From contig CM082591.2 in the NCBI GenBank assembly GCA_040954595.2, forward strand, positions 2,207,745-2,271,744: 64,000 bases of DNA, in the 5' to 3' direction. Below are positions 40,007 to 55,000 of this stretch, in pieces (position 1 is the stretch's first letter; every line of letters begins with the position of its first letter). The notes beneath the pieces are model-generated. The model saw only the letters and a program-made list of their open reading frames with translations, was not told the origin of the DNA and ran no database searches. The stretch is from Balanoglossus misakiensis (lineage: Eukaryota; Animalia; Hemichordata). Position numbers and translations under genes: made by a program.

Positions 40007-43000
40007 AAAAATTGATGAAATTTTCAAAGTTCTCAAAATCGAAAAATTGTCGGATATTGATGATTTTCATGAGCTATAACCCATGAAAAATATCAAAAAA
40101 TGACAAATTCGCAAGATCGGAAAAATGTCATTTTTTGAAAATTTTCATGAGCTATAACCCATGATTTTTTTCAAAAATCATGAAATTTTTAAAGTTCTCC
40201 AAATCGAAAAATTGTCGGATATTGATGATTTTCATGAGCTATAACCCATGAAAAATATCAAAAAATGACAAATTCGCAAGATCGGAAAAATGTCATTTTT
40301 TGAAAATTTTCATGAGCTATAACCCATGATTTTTTTCAAAAATCATGAAATTTTTAAAGTTCTCCAAATCGAAAAATTGTCGGATATTGATGATTTTCAT
40401 GAGCTATAACCCATGAAAAATATCAAAAAATGACAAATTCGCAAGATCGGAAAAATGTCATTTTTTGAAAATTTTCATGAGCTATAACCCATGATTTTTT
40501 TCAAAAATCATGAAATTTTTAAAGTTCTCCAAATCGAAAAATTGTCGGATATTGATGATTTTCATGAGCTATAACCCATGAAAAATATCAAAAAATGACA
40601 AATTCGCAAGATCGGAAAAATGTCATTTTTTGAAAATTTTCATGAGCTATAACCCATGATTTTTTTCAAAAATCATGAAATTTTTAAAGTTCTCCAAATC
40701 GAAAAATTGTCGGATATTGATGATTTTCATGAGCTATAACCCATGAAAAATATCAAAAAATGACAAATTCGCAAGATCGGAAAAATGTCATTTTTTGAAA
40801 ATTTTCATGAGCTATAACCCATGATATTTTTCAAAAATCATGAATTTTTAAAGTTCTCCAAATCGAAAAATTGTCGGATATTGATGATTTTCATGAGCTA
40901 TAACCCATGAAAAATATCAAAAAATGACAAATTCGCAAGATCGGAAAAATGTCATTTTTTGAAAATTTTCATGAGCTATAACCCATGATTTTTTTCAAAA
41001 ATCATGAAATTTTTAAAGTTCTCCAAATCGAAAAATTGTCGGATATTGATGATTTTCATGAGCTATAACCCATGAAAAATATCAAAAAATGACAAATTCG
41101 CAAGATCGGAAAAATGTCATTTTTTGAAAATTTTCATGAGCTATAACCCATGATATTTTTCAAAAATCATGAATTTTTAAAGTTCTCCAAATCGAAAAAT
41201 TGTCGGATATTGATGATTTTCATGAGCTATAACCCATGAAAAATATCAAAAAATGACAAATTCGCAAGATCGGAAAAATGTCATTTTTTGAAAATTTTCA
41301 TGAGCTATAACCCATGATTTTTTTCAAAAATCATGAAATTTTTAAAGTTCTCCAAATCGAAAAATTGTCGGATATTGATGATTTTCATGAGCTATAACCC
41401 ATGAAAAATATCAAAAAATGACAAATTCGCAAGATCGGAAAAATGTCATTTTTTGAAAATTTTCATGAGCTATAACCCAAAAATCATGAAATTTTTAAAG
41501 TTCTCCAAATCGAAAAATTGTCGGATATTGATGATTTTCATGAGCTATAACCCATGAAAAATATCAAAAAATGACAAATTCGGAAGATCGGAAAAATGTC
41601 ATTTTTTGAAAATTTTCATGAGCTATAACCCATGATTTTTTTCAAAAATCATGAAATTTTTAAAGTTCTCCAAATCGAAAAATTGTCGGATATTGATGAT
41701 TTTCATGAGCTATAACCCATGAAAAATATCAAAAAATGACAAATTCGCAAGATCGGAAAAATGTCATTTTTTGAAAATTTTCATGAGCTATAACCCATGA
41801 TTTTTTTCAAAAATCATGAAATTTTTAAAGTTCTCCAAATCGAAAAATTGTCGGATATTGATGATTTTCATGAGCTATAACCCATGAAAAATATCAAAAA
41901 ATGACAAATTCGCAAGATCGGAAAAATGTCATTTTTTGAAAATTTTCATGAGCTATAACCCATGATTTTTTTCAAAAATCATGAAATTTTTAAAGTTCTC
42001 CAAATCGAAAAATTGTCGGATATTGATGATTTTCATGAGCTATAACCCATGAAAAATATCAAAAAATGACAAATTCGCAAGATCGGAAAAATGTCATTTT
42101 TTGAAAATTTTCATGAGCTATAACCCATGATTTTTTTCAAAAATCATGACATTTTTAAAGTTCTCCAAATCGAAAAATTGTCGGATATTGATGATTTTCA
42201 TGAGCTATAACCCATGAAAAATATCAAAAAATGACAAATTCGCAAGATCGGAAAAATGTCATTTTTTGAAAATTTTCATGAGCTATAACCCATGATTTTT
42301 TTCAAAAATCATGAAATTTTTAAAGTTCTCCAAATCGAAAAATTGTCGGATATTGATGATTTTCATGAGCTATAACCCATGAAAAATATCAAAAAATGAC
42401 AAATTCGCAAGATCGGAAAAATGTCATTTTTTGAAAATTTTCATGAGCTATAACCCATGATTTTTTTCAAAAATCATGAAAATTTTAAAGTTCTCCAAAT
42501 CGAAAAATTGTCGGATATTGATGATTTTCATGAGCTATAACCCAAGAAAAATATCAAAAAATGACAAATTCGGAAGATCGGAAAAATGTCATTTTTTGAA
42601 AATTTTCATGAGCTATAACCCATGATTTTTTTCAAAAATCATGAAATTTTTAAAGTTCTCCAAATCGAAAAATTGTCGGATATTGATGATTTTCATGAGC
42701 TATAACCCATGAAAAATATCAAAAAATGACAAATTCGCAAGATCGGAAAAATGTCATTTTTTGAAAATTTTCATGAGCTATAACCCATGATTTTTTTCAA
42801 AAATCATGAAATTTTTAAAGTTCTCCAAATCGAAAAATTGTCGGATATTGATGATTTTCATGAGCTATAACCCATGAAAAATATCAAAAAATGACAAATT
42901 CGCAAGATCGGAAAAATGTCATTTTTTGAAAATTTTCATGAGCTATAACCCATGATTTTTTTCAAAAATCATGAAATTTTTAAAGTTCTCCAAATCGAAA

Positions 43001-46000
43001 AATTGTCGGATATTGATGATTTTCATGAGCTATAACCCATGAAAAATATCAAAAAATGACAAATTCGCAAGATCGGAAAAATGTCATTTTTTGAAAATTT
43101 TCATGAGCTATAACCCATGATTTTTTTCAAAAATCATGAAAATTTTAAAGTTCTCCAAATCGAAAAATTGTCGGATATTGATGATTTTCATGAGCTATAA
43201 CCCAAGAAAAATATCAAAAAATGACAAATTCGGAAGATCGGAAAAATGTCATTTTTTGAAAATTTTCATGAGCTATAACCCATGATTTTTTTCAAAAATC
43301 ATGAAATTTTTAAAGTTCTCCAAATCGAAAAATTGTCGGATATTGATGATTTTCATGAGCTATAACCCATGAAAAATATCAAAAAATGACAAATTCGCAA
43401 GATCGGAAAAATGTCATTTTTTGAAAATTTTCATGAGCTATAACCCATGATTTTTTTCAAAAATCATGAAATTTTTAAAGTTCTCCAAATCGAAAAATTG
43501 TCGGATATTGATGATTTTCATGAGCTATAACCCATGAAAAATATCAAAAAATGACAAATTCGCAAGATCGGAAAAATGTCATTTTTTGAAAATTTTCATG
43601 AGCTATAACCCATGATTTTTTTCAAAAATCATGAAATTTTTAAAGTTCTCCAAATCGAAAAATTGTCGGATATTGATGATTTTCATGAGCTATAACCCAT
43701 GAAAAATATCAAAAAATGACAAATTCGCAAGATCGGAAAAATGTCATTTTTTGAAAATTTTCATGAGCTATAACCCATGATTTTTTTCAAAAATCATGAA
43801 ATTTTTAAAGTTCTCTAAATCGAAAAATTGTCGGATATTGATGATTTTCATGAGCTATAACCCATGAAAAATATCAAAAAATGACAAATTCGCAAGATCG
43901 GAAAAATGTCATTTTTTGAAAATTTTCATGAGCTATAACCCATGATTTTTTTCAAAAATCATGAAATTTTTAAAGTTCTCCAAATCGAAAAATTGTCGGA
44001 TATTGATGATTTTCATGAGCTATAACCCATGAAAAATATCAAAAAATGACAAATTCGCAAGATCGGAAAAATGTCATTTTTTGAAAATTTTCATGAGCTA
44101 TAACCCATGATTTTTTTCAAAAATCATGAAATTTTTAAAGTTCTCCAAATCGAAAAATTGTCGGATATTGATGATTTTCATGAGCTATAACCCATGAAAA
44201 ATATCAAAAAATGACAAATTCGGAAGATCGGAAAAATGTCATTTTTTGAAAATTTTCATGAGCTATAACCCATGATTTTTTTCAAAAATCATGAAATTTT
44301 TAAAGTTCTCCAAATCGAAAAATTGTCGGATATTGATGATTTTCATGAGCTATAACCCATGAAAAATATCAAAAAATGACAAATTCGCAAGATCGGAAAA
44401 ATGTCATTTTTTGAAAATTTTCATGAGCTATAACCCATGATTTTTTTCAAAAATCATGAAATTTTTAAAGTTCTCCAAATCGAAAAATTGTCGGATATTG
44501 ATGATTTTCATGAGCTATAACCCATGAAAAATATCAAAAAATGACAAATTCGCAAGATCGGAAAAATGTCATTTTTTGAAAATTTTCATGAGCTATAACC
44601 CATGATTTTTTTCAAAAATCATGAAATTTTTAAAGTTCTCCAAATCGAAAAATTGTCGGATATTGATGATTTTCATGAGCTATAACCCATGAAAAATATC
44701 AAAAAATGACAAATTCGCAAGATCGGAAAAATGTCATTTTTTGAAAATTTTCATGAGCTATAACCCATGATTTTTTTCAAAAATCATGAAATTTTTAAAG
44801 TTCTCCAAATCGAAAAATTGTCGGATATTGATGATTTTGATGAGCTATAACCCATGAAAAATATCAAAAAATGACAAATTCGCAAGATCGGAAAAATGTC
44901 ATTTTTTGAAAATTTTCATGAGCTATAACCCATGATTTTTTTCAAAAATCATGAAATTTTTAAAGTTCTCCAAATCGAAAAATTGTCGGATATTGATGAT
45001 TTTCATGAGCTATAACCCATGAAAAATATCAAAAAATGACAAATTCGCAAGATCGGAAAAATGTCATTTTTTGAAAATTTTCATGAGCTATAACCCATGA
45101 TTTTTTTCAAAAATCATGAAATTTTTAAAGTTCTCCAAATCGAAAAATTGTCGGGTATTGATGATTTTCATGAGCTATAACCCATGAAAAATATCAAAAA
45201 ATGACAAATTCGCAAGATCGGAAAAATGTCATTTTTTGAAAATTTTCATGAGCTATAACCCATGATTTTTTTCAAAAATCATGAAATTTTTAAAGTTCTC
45301 CAAATCGAAAAATTGTCGGATATTGATGATTTTCATGAGCTATAACCCATGAAAAATATCAAAAAATGACAAATTCGCAAGATCGGAAAAATGTCATTTT
45401 TTGAAAATTTTCATGAGCTATAACCCATGATTTTTTTCAAAAATCATGAAATTATTAAAGTTCTCCAAATCGAAAAATTGTCGGATATTGATGATTTTCA
45501 TGAGCTATAACCCATGAAAAATATCAAAAAATGATAAATTCGCAAGATCGGAAAAATTTCATTTTTTGAAAATTTTCATGAGCTATAACCCATGATTTTT
45601 TTCAAAAATCATGAAATTTTTAAAGTTCTCCAAATCGAAAAATTGTCGGATATTGATGATTTTTCATGAGCTATAACCCATGAAAAATATCAAAAAATGA
45701 AAATTCGCAAGATCGGAAAAATGTCATTTTTTGAAAATTTTCATGAGCTATAACCCATGATTTTTTCAAAAATCATGAAATTTTTAAAGTTCTCCAAATC
45801 GAAAAATTGTCGGATATTGATGATTTTCATGAGCTATAACCCATGAAAAATATCAAAAAATGACAAATTCGCAAGATCGGAAAAATGTCATTTTTTGAAA
45901 ATTTTCATGAGCTATAACCCATGATTTTTTTCAAAAATCATGAAATTTTTAAAGTTCTCCAAATCGAAAAATTGTCGGATATTGATGATTTTCATGAGCT

Positions 46001-49000
46001 ATAACCCATGAAAAATATCAAAAAATGACAAATTCGCAAGATCGGAAAAATGTCATTTTTTGAAAAATTTTCATGAGCTATAACCCATGATTTTTTTCAA
46101 AAATCATGAAATTTTTAAAGTTCTCCAAATCGAAAAATTGTCGGATATTGATGATTTTCATGAGCTATAACCCATGAAAAATATCAAAAAATGACAAATT
46201 CGCAAGATCGGAAAATGTCATTTTTTGAAAATTTTCATGAGCTATAACCCATGATTTTTTTCAAAAATCATGAAATTTTTAAAGTTCTCCAAATCGAAAA
46301 ATTGTCGGATATTGATGATTTTCATGAGCTATAACCCATGAAAAATATCAAAAAATGACAAATTCGCAAGATCGGAAAAATGTCATTTTTTGAAAATTTT
46401 CATGAGCTATAACCCATGATTTTTTTCAAAAATCATGAAATTTTTAAAGTTCTCCAAATCGAAAAATTGTCGGATATTGATGATTTTCATGAGCTATAAC
46501 CATGAAAAATATCAAAAAATGACAAATTCGCAAGATCGGAAAAATGTCATTTTTTGAAAATTTTCATGAGCTATAACCCATGATTTTTTTCAAAAAATCA
46601 TGAAATTATTAAAGTTCTCCAAATCGAAAAATTGTCGGATATTGATGATTTTCATGAGCTATAACCCATGAAAAATATCAAAAAATGACAAATTCGCAAG
46701 ATCGGAAAAATGTCATTTTTGAAAATTTTCATGAGCTATAACCCATGATTTTTTTCAAAAATCATGAAATTTTTAAAGTTCTCCAAATCGAAAAATTGTC
46801 GGATATTGATGATTTTCATGAGCTATAACCATGAAAAATATCAAAAAATGACAAATTCGCAAGATCGGAAAAATGTCATTTTTTGAAAATTTTCATGAGC
46901 TATAACCCATGATTTTTTTTCAAAAATCATGAAATTATTAAAGTTCTCCAAATCGAAAAATTGTCGGATATTGATGATTTTCATGAGCTATAACCCATGA
47001 AAAATATCAAAAAATGATAAATTCGCAAGATCGGAAAAATTTCATTTTTTTGAAAATTTTCATGAGCTATAACCCATGATTTTTTTCAAAAATCATGAAA
47101 TTTTTTAAAAGTTCTCCAAATCGAAAAATTGTCGGATATTGATGATTTTCATGAGCTATAACCCATGAAAAATATCAAAAAATGACAAATTCGCAAGATC
47201 GGAAAAATGTCATTTTTTTGAAAATTTTCATGAGCTATAACCCATGATTTTTTTCAAAAATCATGAAATTTTTAAAGTTCTCCAAATCGAAAAATTGTCG
47301 GATATTGATGATTTCATGAGCTATAACCCATGAAAAATATCAAAAAATGACAAATTCGCAAGATCGGAAAAATGTCATTTTTTTGAAAATTTTCATGAGC
47401 TATAACCCATGATTTTTTTCAAAAATCATGAAATTTTTAAAGTTCTCCAAATCGAAAAATTGTCGGATATTGATGATTTTCATGAGCTATAACCCATGAA
47501 AAATATCAAAAAATGACAAATTCGCAAGATCGGAAAAATGTCATTTTTTGAAAATTTTCATGAGCTATAACCCATGATTTTTTTCAAAAATCATGAAATT
47601 TTTAAAGTTCTCCAAATCGAAAAATTGTCGGATATTGATGATTTTCATGAGCTATAACCCATGAAAAATATCAAAAAATGACAAATTCGCAAGATCGGAA
47701 AAATGTCATTTTTTGAAAATTTTCATGAGCTATAACCCATGATTTTTTTCAAAAATCATGAAATTTTTAAAGTTCTCCAAATTGAAAAATTGTCGGATAT
47801 TGATGATTTTCATGAGCTATAACCCATGAAAAATATCAAAAAATGACAAATTCGCAAGATCGGAAAAATGTCATTTTTTGAAAATTTTCATGAGCTATAA
47901 CCCATGATTTTTTTTCAAAAATCATGAAATTTTTAAAGTTCTCCAAATCGAAAAATTGTCGGATATTGATGATTTTCATGAGCTATAACCCATGAAAAAT
48001 ATCAAAAAATGACAAATTCGCAAGATCGGAAAAATGTCATTTTTTGAAAATTTTCATGAGCTATAACCCATGATTTTTTTCAAAAATCATGAAATTATTA
48101 AAGTTCTCCAAATCGAAAAATTGTCGGATATTGATGATTTTCATGAGCTATAACCCATGAATAATATCAAAAAATGACAAATTCGCAAGATCGGAAAAAT
48201 GTCATTTTTTGAAAATTTTCATGAGCTATAACCCATGATTTTTTTCAAAAATCATGAAATTTTTAAAGTTCTCCAAATCGAAAAATTGTCGGATATTGAT
48301 GATTTTCATGAGCTATAACCCATGAAAAATATCAAAAAAATGACAAATTCGCAAGATCGGAAAAATGTCATTTTTTGAAAATTTTCATGAGCTATAACCC
48401 ATGATTTTTTTCAAAAATCATGAAAATTTTTAAAGTTCTCCAAATCGAAAAATTGTCGGATATTAATGATTTTCATGAGCTATAACCCATGAAAATATCA
48501 AAAAATGACAAATTCGCAAGATCGGAAAAATGTCATTTTTTGAAAATTTTCATGAGCTATAACCCATGATTTTTTTCAAAAATCATGAAATTTTTAAAGT
48601 TCTCCAAATCGAAAAATTGTCGGATATTGATGATTTTCATGAGCTATAACCCATGAAAAATATCAAAAATGACAAATTCGGAAGATCGGAAAAATGTCAT
48701 TTTTTGAAAATTTTCATGAGCTATAACCCATGATTTTTTTCAAAAATCATGAAATTTTTAAAGTTCTCCCAAATCGAAAAATTGTCGGATATTGATGATT
48801 TTCATGAGCTATAACCCATGAAAAATATCAAAAAATGACAAGTTCGCAAGATCGGAAAAATGTCATTTTTTGAAAATTTTCATGAGCTATAACCCATGAT
48901 TTTTTTCAAAAATCATGAAATTTTTAAAGTTCTCCAAATCGAAAAATTGTCGGATATTGATGATTTTCATGAGCTATAACCCATGAAAAATATCAAAAAA

Positions 49001-52000
49001 TGACCAAATTCGCAAGATCGGAAAAATGTCATTTTTTGAAAATTTTCATGAGCTATAACCCATGATTTTTTTCAAAAATCATGAAATTATTAAAGTTCTC
49101 CAAATCGAAAAATTGTCGGATATTGATGATTTTCATGAGCTATAACCCATGAAAAATATCAAAAAATGACTAAATTCGCAAGATCGGAAAAATTTCATTT
49201 TTTGAAATTTTCATGAGCTATAACCCATGATTTTTTTCAAAAAATCATGAAATTTTTAAAGTTCTCCAAATCGAAAAATTGTCGGATATTGATGATTTTC
49301 ATGAGCTATAACCCATGAAAAATATCAAAAAATGACAAATTCGCAAGATCGGAAAAATGTCATTTTTTGAAAATTTTCATGAGCTATAACCCATGATTTT
49401 TTTCAAAAATCATGAAATTTTTTAAAGTTCTCCAAATCGAAAAATTGTCGGATATTGATGATTTTCATGAGCTATAACCCATGAAAAATATCAAAAAATG
49501 ACAAATTCGCAAGATCGGAAAAATGTCATTTTTTGAAAATTTTCATGAGCTATAACCCATGATTTTTTTCAAAAATCATGAAATTTTTAAAGTTCTCCAA
49601 ATCGAAAAATTGTCGGATATTGATGATTTTCATGAGCTATAACCCATGAAAAATATCAAAAAATGACAAATTCGCAAGATCGGAAAAATGTCATTTTTTG
49701 AAAATTTTCATGAGCTATAACCCATGATTTTTTTCAAAAATCATGAAATTTTTAAAGTTCTCCAAATCGAAAAATTGTCGGGATATTGATGATTTTCATG
49801 AGCTATAACCCATGAAAAATATCAAAAAATGACAAATTCGCAAGATCGGAAAAATGTCATTTTTTGAAAATTTTCATGAGCTATAACCCCATGATTTTTT
49901 TCAAAAATCATGAAATTTTTAAAGTTCTCCAAATCGAAAAATTGTCGGATATTGATGATTTTCATGAGCTATAACCCATGAAAAAATATCAAAAAATGAC
50001 TAATTCGCAAGATCGGAAAAATGTCATTTTTTGAAAATTTTCATGAGCTATAACCCATGATTTTTTTCAAAAATCATGAAATTTTTAAAGTTCTCCAAAT
50101 CGAAAAATTGTCGGATATTGATGATTTTCATGAGCTATAACCCATGAAAAATATCAAAAAATGACAAATTCGCAAGATCGGAAAAATGTCAATTTTTTGA
50201 AAATTTTCATGAGCTATAACCCATGATATTTTTCAAAAATCATGAAATTTTTAAAGTTCTCCAAATCGAAAAATTGTCGGATATTGATGATTTTCATGAG
50301 CTATAACCCATGAAAAATATCAAAAAATGACAAATTCGCAAGATCGGAAAAATGTCATTTTTTGAAAAATTTTCATGAGCTATAACCCATGATTTTTTTC
50401 AAAATCATGAAATTTTTAAAGTTCTCCAAATCGAAAAATTGTCGGATATTGATGATTTTCATGAGCTATAACCCATGAAAATATCAAAAAATGACAAATT
50501 CGCAAGATCGGAAAAATGTCATTTTTTGAAAATTTTCATGAGCTATAACCCATGATTTTTTTCAAAAATCATGAAATTTTTAAAGTTCTCCAAATCGAAA
50601 AATTGTCGGATATTGATGATTTCATGAGCTATAACCCATGAAAAATATCAAAAAATGACAAATTCGCAAGATCGGAAAAATGTCATTTTTTGAAAATTTT
50701 CATGAGCTATAACCCATGATTTTTTTCAAAAATCATGAAATTTTTAAAGTTCTCCAAATCGAAAAATTGTCGGATATTGATGATTTTCATGAGCTATAAC
50801 CCATGAAAAATATCAAAAAATGACAAATTCGCAAGATCGGAAAAATGTCATTTTTTGAAAATTTTCATGAGCTATAACCCATGATTTTTTTCAAAAATCA
50901 TGAAATTTTTAAAGTTCTCCAAATCGAAAAATTGTCGGATATTGATGATTTTATGAGCTATAACCCATGAAAAATATCAAAAAATGACAAATTCGCAAGA
51001 TCGGAAAAATGTCATTTTTTGAAAATTTTCATGAGCTATAACCCATGATTTTTTTTCAAAAATCATGAAATTTTTAAAGTTCTCCAAATTGAAAAAATTG
51101 TCGGATATTGATGATTTTCATGAGCTATAACCCATGAAAAATATCAAAAAATGACAAATTCGCAAGATCGGAAAAATGTCATTTTTTGAAAATTTTCATG
51201 AGCTATAACCCATGATTTTTTTCAAAAATCATGAAATTTTTAAAGTTCTCCAAATCGAAAAATTGTCGGATATTGATGATTTTCATGAGCTATAACCCAT
51301 GAAAAATATCAAAAAATGACAAATTCGCAAGATCGGAAAAATGTCATTTTTTGAAAATTTTCATGAGCTATAACCCATGATTTTTTTCAAAAATCATGAA
51401 ATTTTTAAAGTTCTCCAAATCGAAAAATTGTCGGATATTGATGATTTTCATGAGCTATAACCCATGAAAAATATCAAAAAATGACAAATTCGCAAGATCG
51501 GAAAAATGTCATTTTTTGAAAATTTTCATGAGCTATAACCCATGATTTTTTTCAAAAATCATGAAATTTATAAAGTTCTCCAAATCGAAAAATTGTCGGA
51601 TATTGATGATTTTCATGAGCTATAACCCATGAAAAATATCAAAAAATGACAAATTCGCAAGATCGGAAAAATGTCATTTTTTGAAAATTTTCATGAGCTA
51701 TAACCCATGATTTTTTTCAAAAATCATGAAATTATTAAAGTTCTCCAAATCGAAAAATTGTCGGATATTGATGATTTTCATGAGCTATAACCCATGAAAA
51801 AAAAATCAAAAAATGACAAATTCGCAAGATCGGAAAAATGTTATTTTTTGAAAATTTTCATGAGCTATAACCCATGATTTTTTTCAAAAATCATGAAATT
51901 TTTAAAGTTCTCCAAATCGAAAAATTGTCGGATATTGATGATTTTCATGAGCTATAACCCATGAAAAATATCAAAAAATGACAAATTCGCAAGATCGGAA

Positions 52001-55000
52001 AAATGTCATTTTTTGAAAATTTTCATGAGCTATAACCCATGATTTTTTTCAAAAATCATGAAATTTTTAAAGTTCTCCAAATCGAAAAATTGTCGGATAT
52101 TGATGATTTTCATGAGCTATAACCCATGAAAAATATCAAAAAATGACAAATTCGCAAGATCGGAAAAATGTCATTTTTTGAAAATTTTCATGAACTATAA
52201 CCCATGATTTTTTTCAAAAATCATGAAATTTTTAAAGTTCTCCAAATCGAAAAATTGTCGGATATTGATGATTTTCATGAGCTATAACCCATGAAAAATA
52301 TCAAAAAATGACAAATTCGGAAGATCGGAAAAATGTCATTTTTTGAAAATTTTCATGAGCTATAACCCATGATTTTTTTCAAAAATCATGAAATTTTTAA
52401 AGTTCTCCAAATCGAAAAATTGTCGGATATTGATGATTTTCATGAGCTATAACCCATGAAAAATATCAAAAAATGACAAATTCGCAAGATCGGAAAAAAT
52501 GTCATTTTTTGAAAATTTTCATGAGCTATAACCCTTGATTTTTTTTCAAAAAATCATGAAATTTGTAAAGTTCTCCCAAATCGAAAAATTGTCGGATATT
52601 GATGATTTTCATGAGCTATAACACATGAAAAATATCAAAAAATGACAAATTCGCAAGATCGGAAAAATGTCATTTTTTGAAAATTTTCATGAGCTATAAC
52701 CCATGATTTTTTTTCAAAAAATCATGAAATTTTTAAAGTTCTCCAAATCGAAAAATTGTCGGATTTTGATGATATTCATGAGCTATAACCCATGAAAAAT
52801 ATCAAAAAATGACAAATTCGCAAGATCGGAAAAATGTCATTTTTTGAAAATTTTCATGAGCTATAACCCATGATTTTTTTCAAAAATCATGAAATTTTTA
52901 AAGTTCTCCAAATCGAAAAATTGTCGGATATTGATGATTTTCATGAGCTATAACCCATGAAAAATATCAAAAAATGACAAATTCGCAAGATCGGAAAAAT
53001 GTCATTTTTTGAAAATTTTCATGAGCTATAACCCATGATTTTTTTCAAAAATCATGAAATTTTTAAAGTTCTCCAAATCGAAAAATTGTCGGATATTGAT
53101 GATTTTCATGAGCTATAACCCATGAAAAATATCAAAAAATGACAAATTCGCAAGATCGGAAAAATGTCATTTTTTGAAAATTTTCATGAGCTATAACCCA
53201 TGATTTTTTTCAAAAATCATGAAATTTATAAAGTTCTCCAAATCGAAAAATTGTCGGATATTGATGATTTTCATGAGCTATAACCCATGAAAAATATCAA
53301 AAAATGACAAATTCGCAAGATCGGAAAAATGTCATTTTTTGAAAATTTTCATGAGCTATAACCCATGATTTTTTTCAAAAATCATGAAATTATTAAAGTT
53401 CTCCAAATCGAAAAATTGTCGGATATTGATGATTTTCATGAGCTATAACCCATGAAAAAAAATCAAAAAATGACAAATTCGCAAGATCGGAAAAATGTCA
53501 TTTTTTGAAAATTTTCATGAGCTATAACCCATGATTTTTTTCAAAAATCATGAAATTTTTAAAGTTCTCCAAATCGAAAAATTGTCGGATATTGATGATT
53601 TTCATGAGCTATAACCCATGAAAAATATCAAAAAATGACAAATTCGCAAGATCGGAAAAATGTCATTTTTTGAAAATTTTCATGAGCTATAACCCATGAT
53701 TTTTTTCAAAAATCATGAAATTTTTAAAGTTCTCCAAATCGAAAAATTGTCGGATATTGATGATTTTCATGAGCTATAACCCATGAAAAATATCAAAAAA
53801 TGACAAATTCGCAAGATCGGAAAAATGTCATTTTTTGAAAATTTTCATGAGCTATAACCCATGATTTTTTTCAAAAATCATGAAATTTTTAAAGTTCTCC
53901 AAATCGAAAAATTGTCGGATATTGATGATTTTCATGAGCTATAACCCATGAAAAATATCAAAAAATGACAAATTCGGAAGATCGGAAAAATGTCATTTTT
54001 TGAAAATTTTCATGAGCTATAACCCATGATTTTTTTCAAAAATCATGAAATTTTTAAAGTTCTCCAAATCGAAAAATTGTCGGATATTGATGATTTTCAT
54101 GAGCTATAACCCATGAAAAATATCAAAAAATGACAAATTCGCAAGATCGGAAAAATGTCATTTTTTGAAAATTTTCATGAGCTATAACCCTTGATTTTTT
54201 TTCAAAAAATCATGAAATTTGTAAAGTTCTCCAAATCGAAAAATTGTCGGATATTGATGATTTTCATGAGCTATAACACATGAAAAATATCAAAAAATGA
54301 CAAATTCGCAAGATCGGAAAAATGTCATTTTTTGAAAATTTTCATGAGCTATAACCCATGATTTTTTTCAAAAAATCATGAAATTTTTAAAGTTCTCCAA
54401 ATCGAAAAATTGTCGGATTTTGATGATATTCATGAGCTATAACCCATGAAAAATATCAAAAAATGACAAATTCGCAAGATCGGAAAAATGTCATTTTTTG
54501 AAAATTTTCATGAGCTATAACCCATGATTTTTTTCAAAAATCATGAAATTTTTAAAGTTCTCCAAATCGAAAAATTGTCGGATATTGATGATTTTCATGA
54601 GCTATAACCCATGAAAAATATCAAAAAATGACAAATTCGCAAGATCGGAAAAATGTCATTTTTTGAAAATTTTCATGAGCTATAACCCATGATTTTTTTC
54701 AAAAAATCATGAAATTTTTAAAGTTCTCCAAATCGAAAAATTTTCGGATTTTGATGATTTTCATGAGCTATAACCCATGAAAAATATCAAAAAATGACAA
54801 ATTCGCAAGATCGGAAAAATGTCATTTTTTGAAAATTTTCATGAGCTATAACCCATGATTTTTTTCAAAAAATCATGAAATTTTTAAAGTTCTCCAAATC
54901 GAAAAATTGTCGGATTTTGATGATTTTCATGAGCTATAACCCATGAAAAATATCAAAAATTGACAAATTCGCAAGATCGGAAAAATGTCATTTTTTGAAA

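Noticed and set aside
40068-40090. Telomeric repeat (TAACCC within the satellite core)
   Set aside because: Only one hexamer per subunit, never in tandem.
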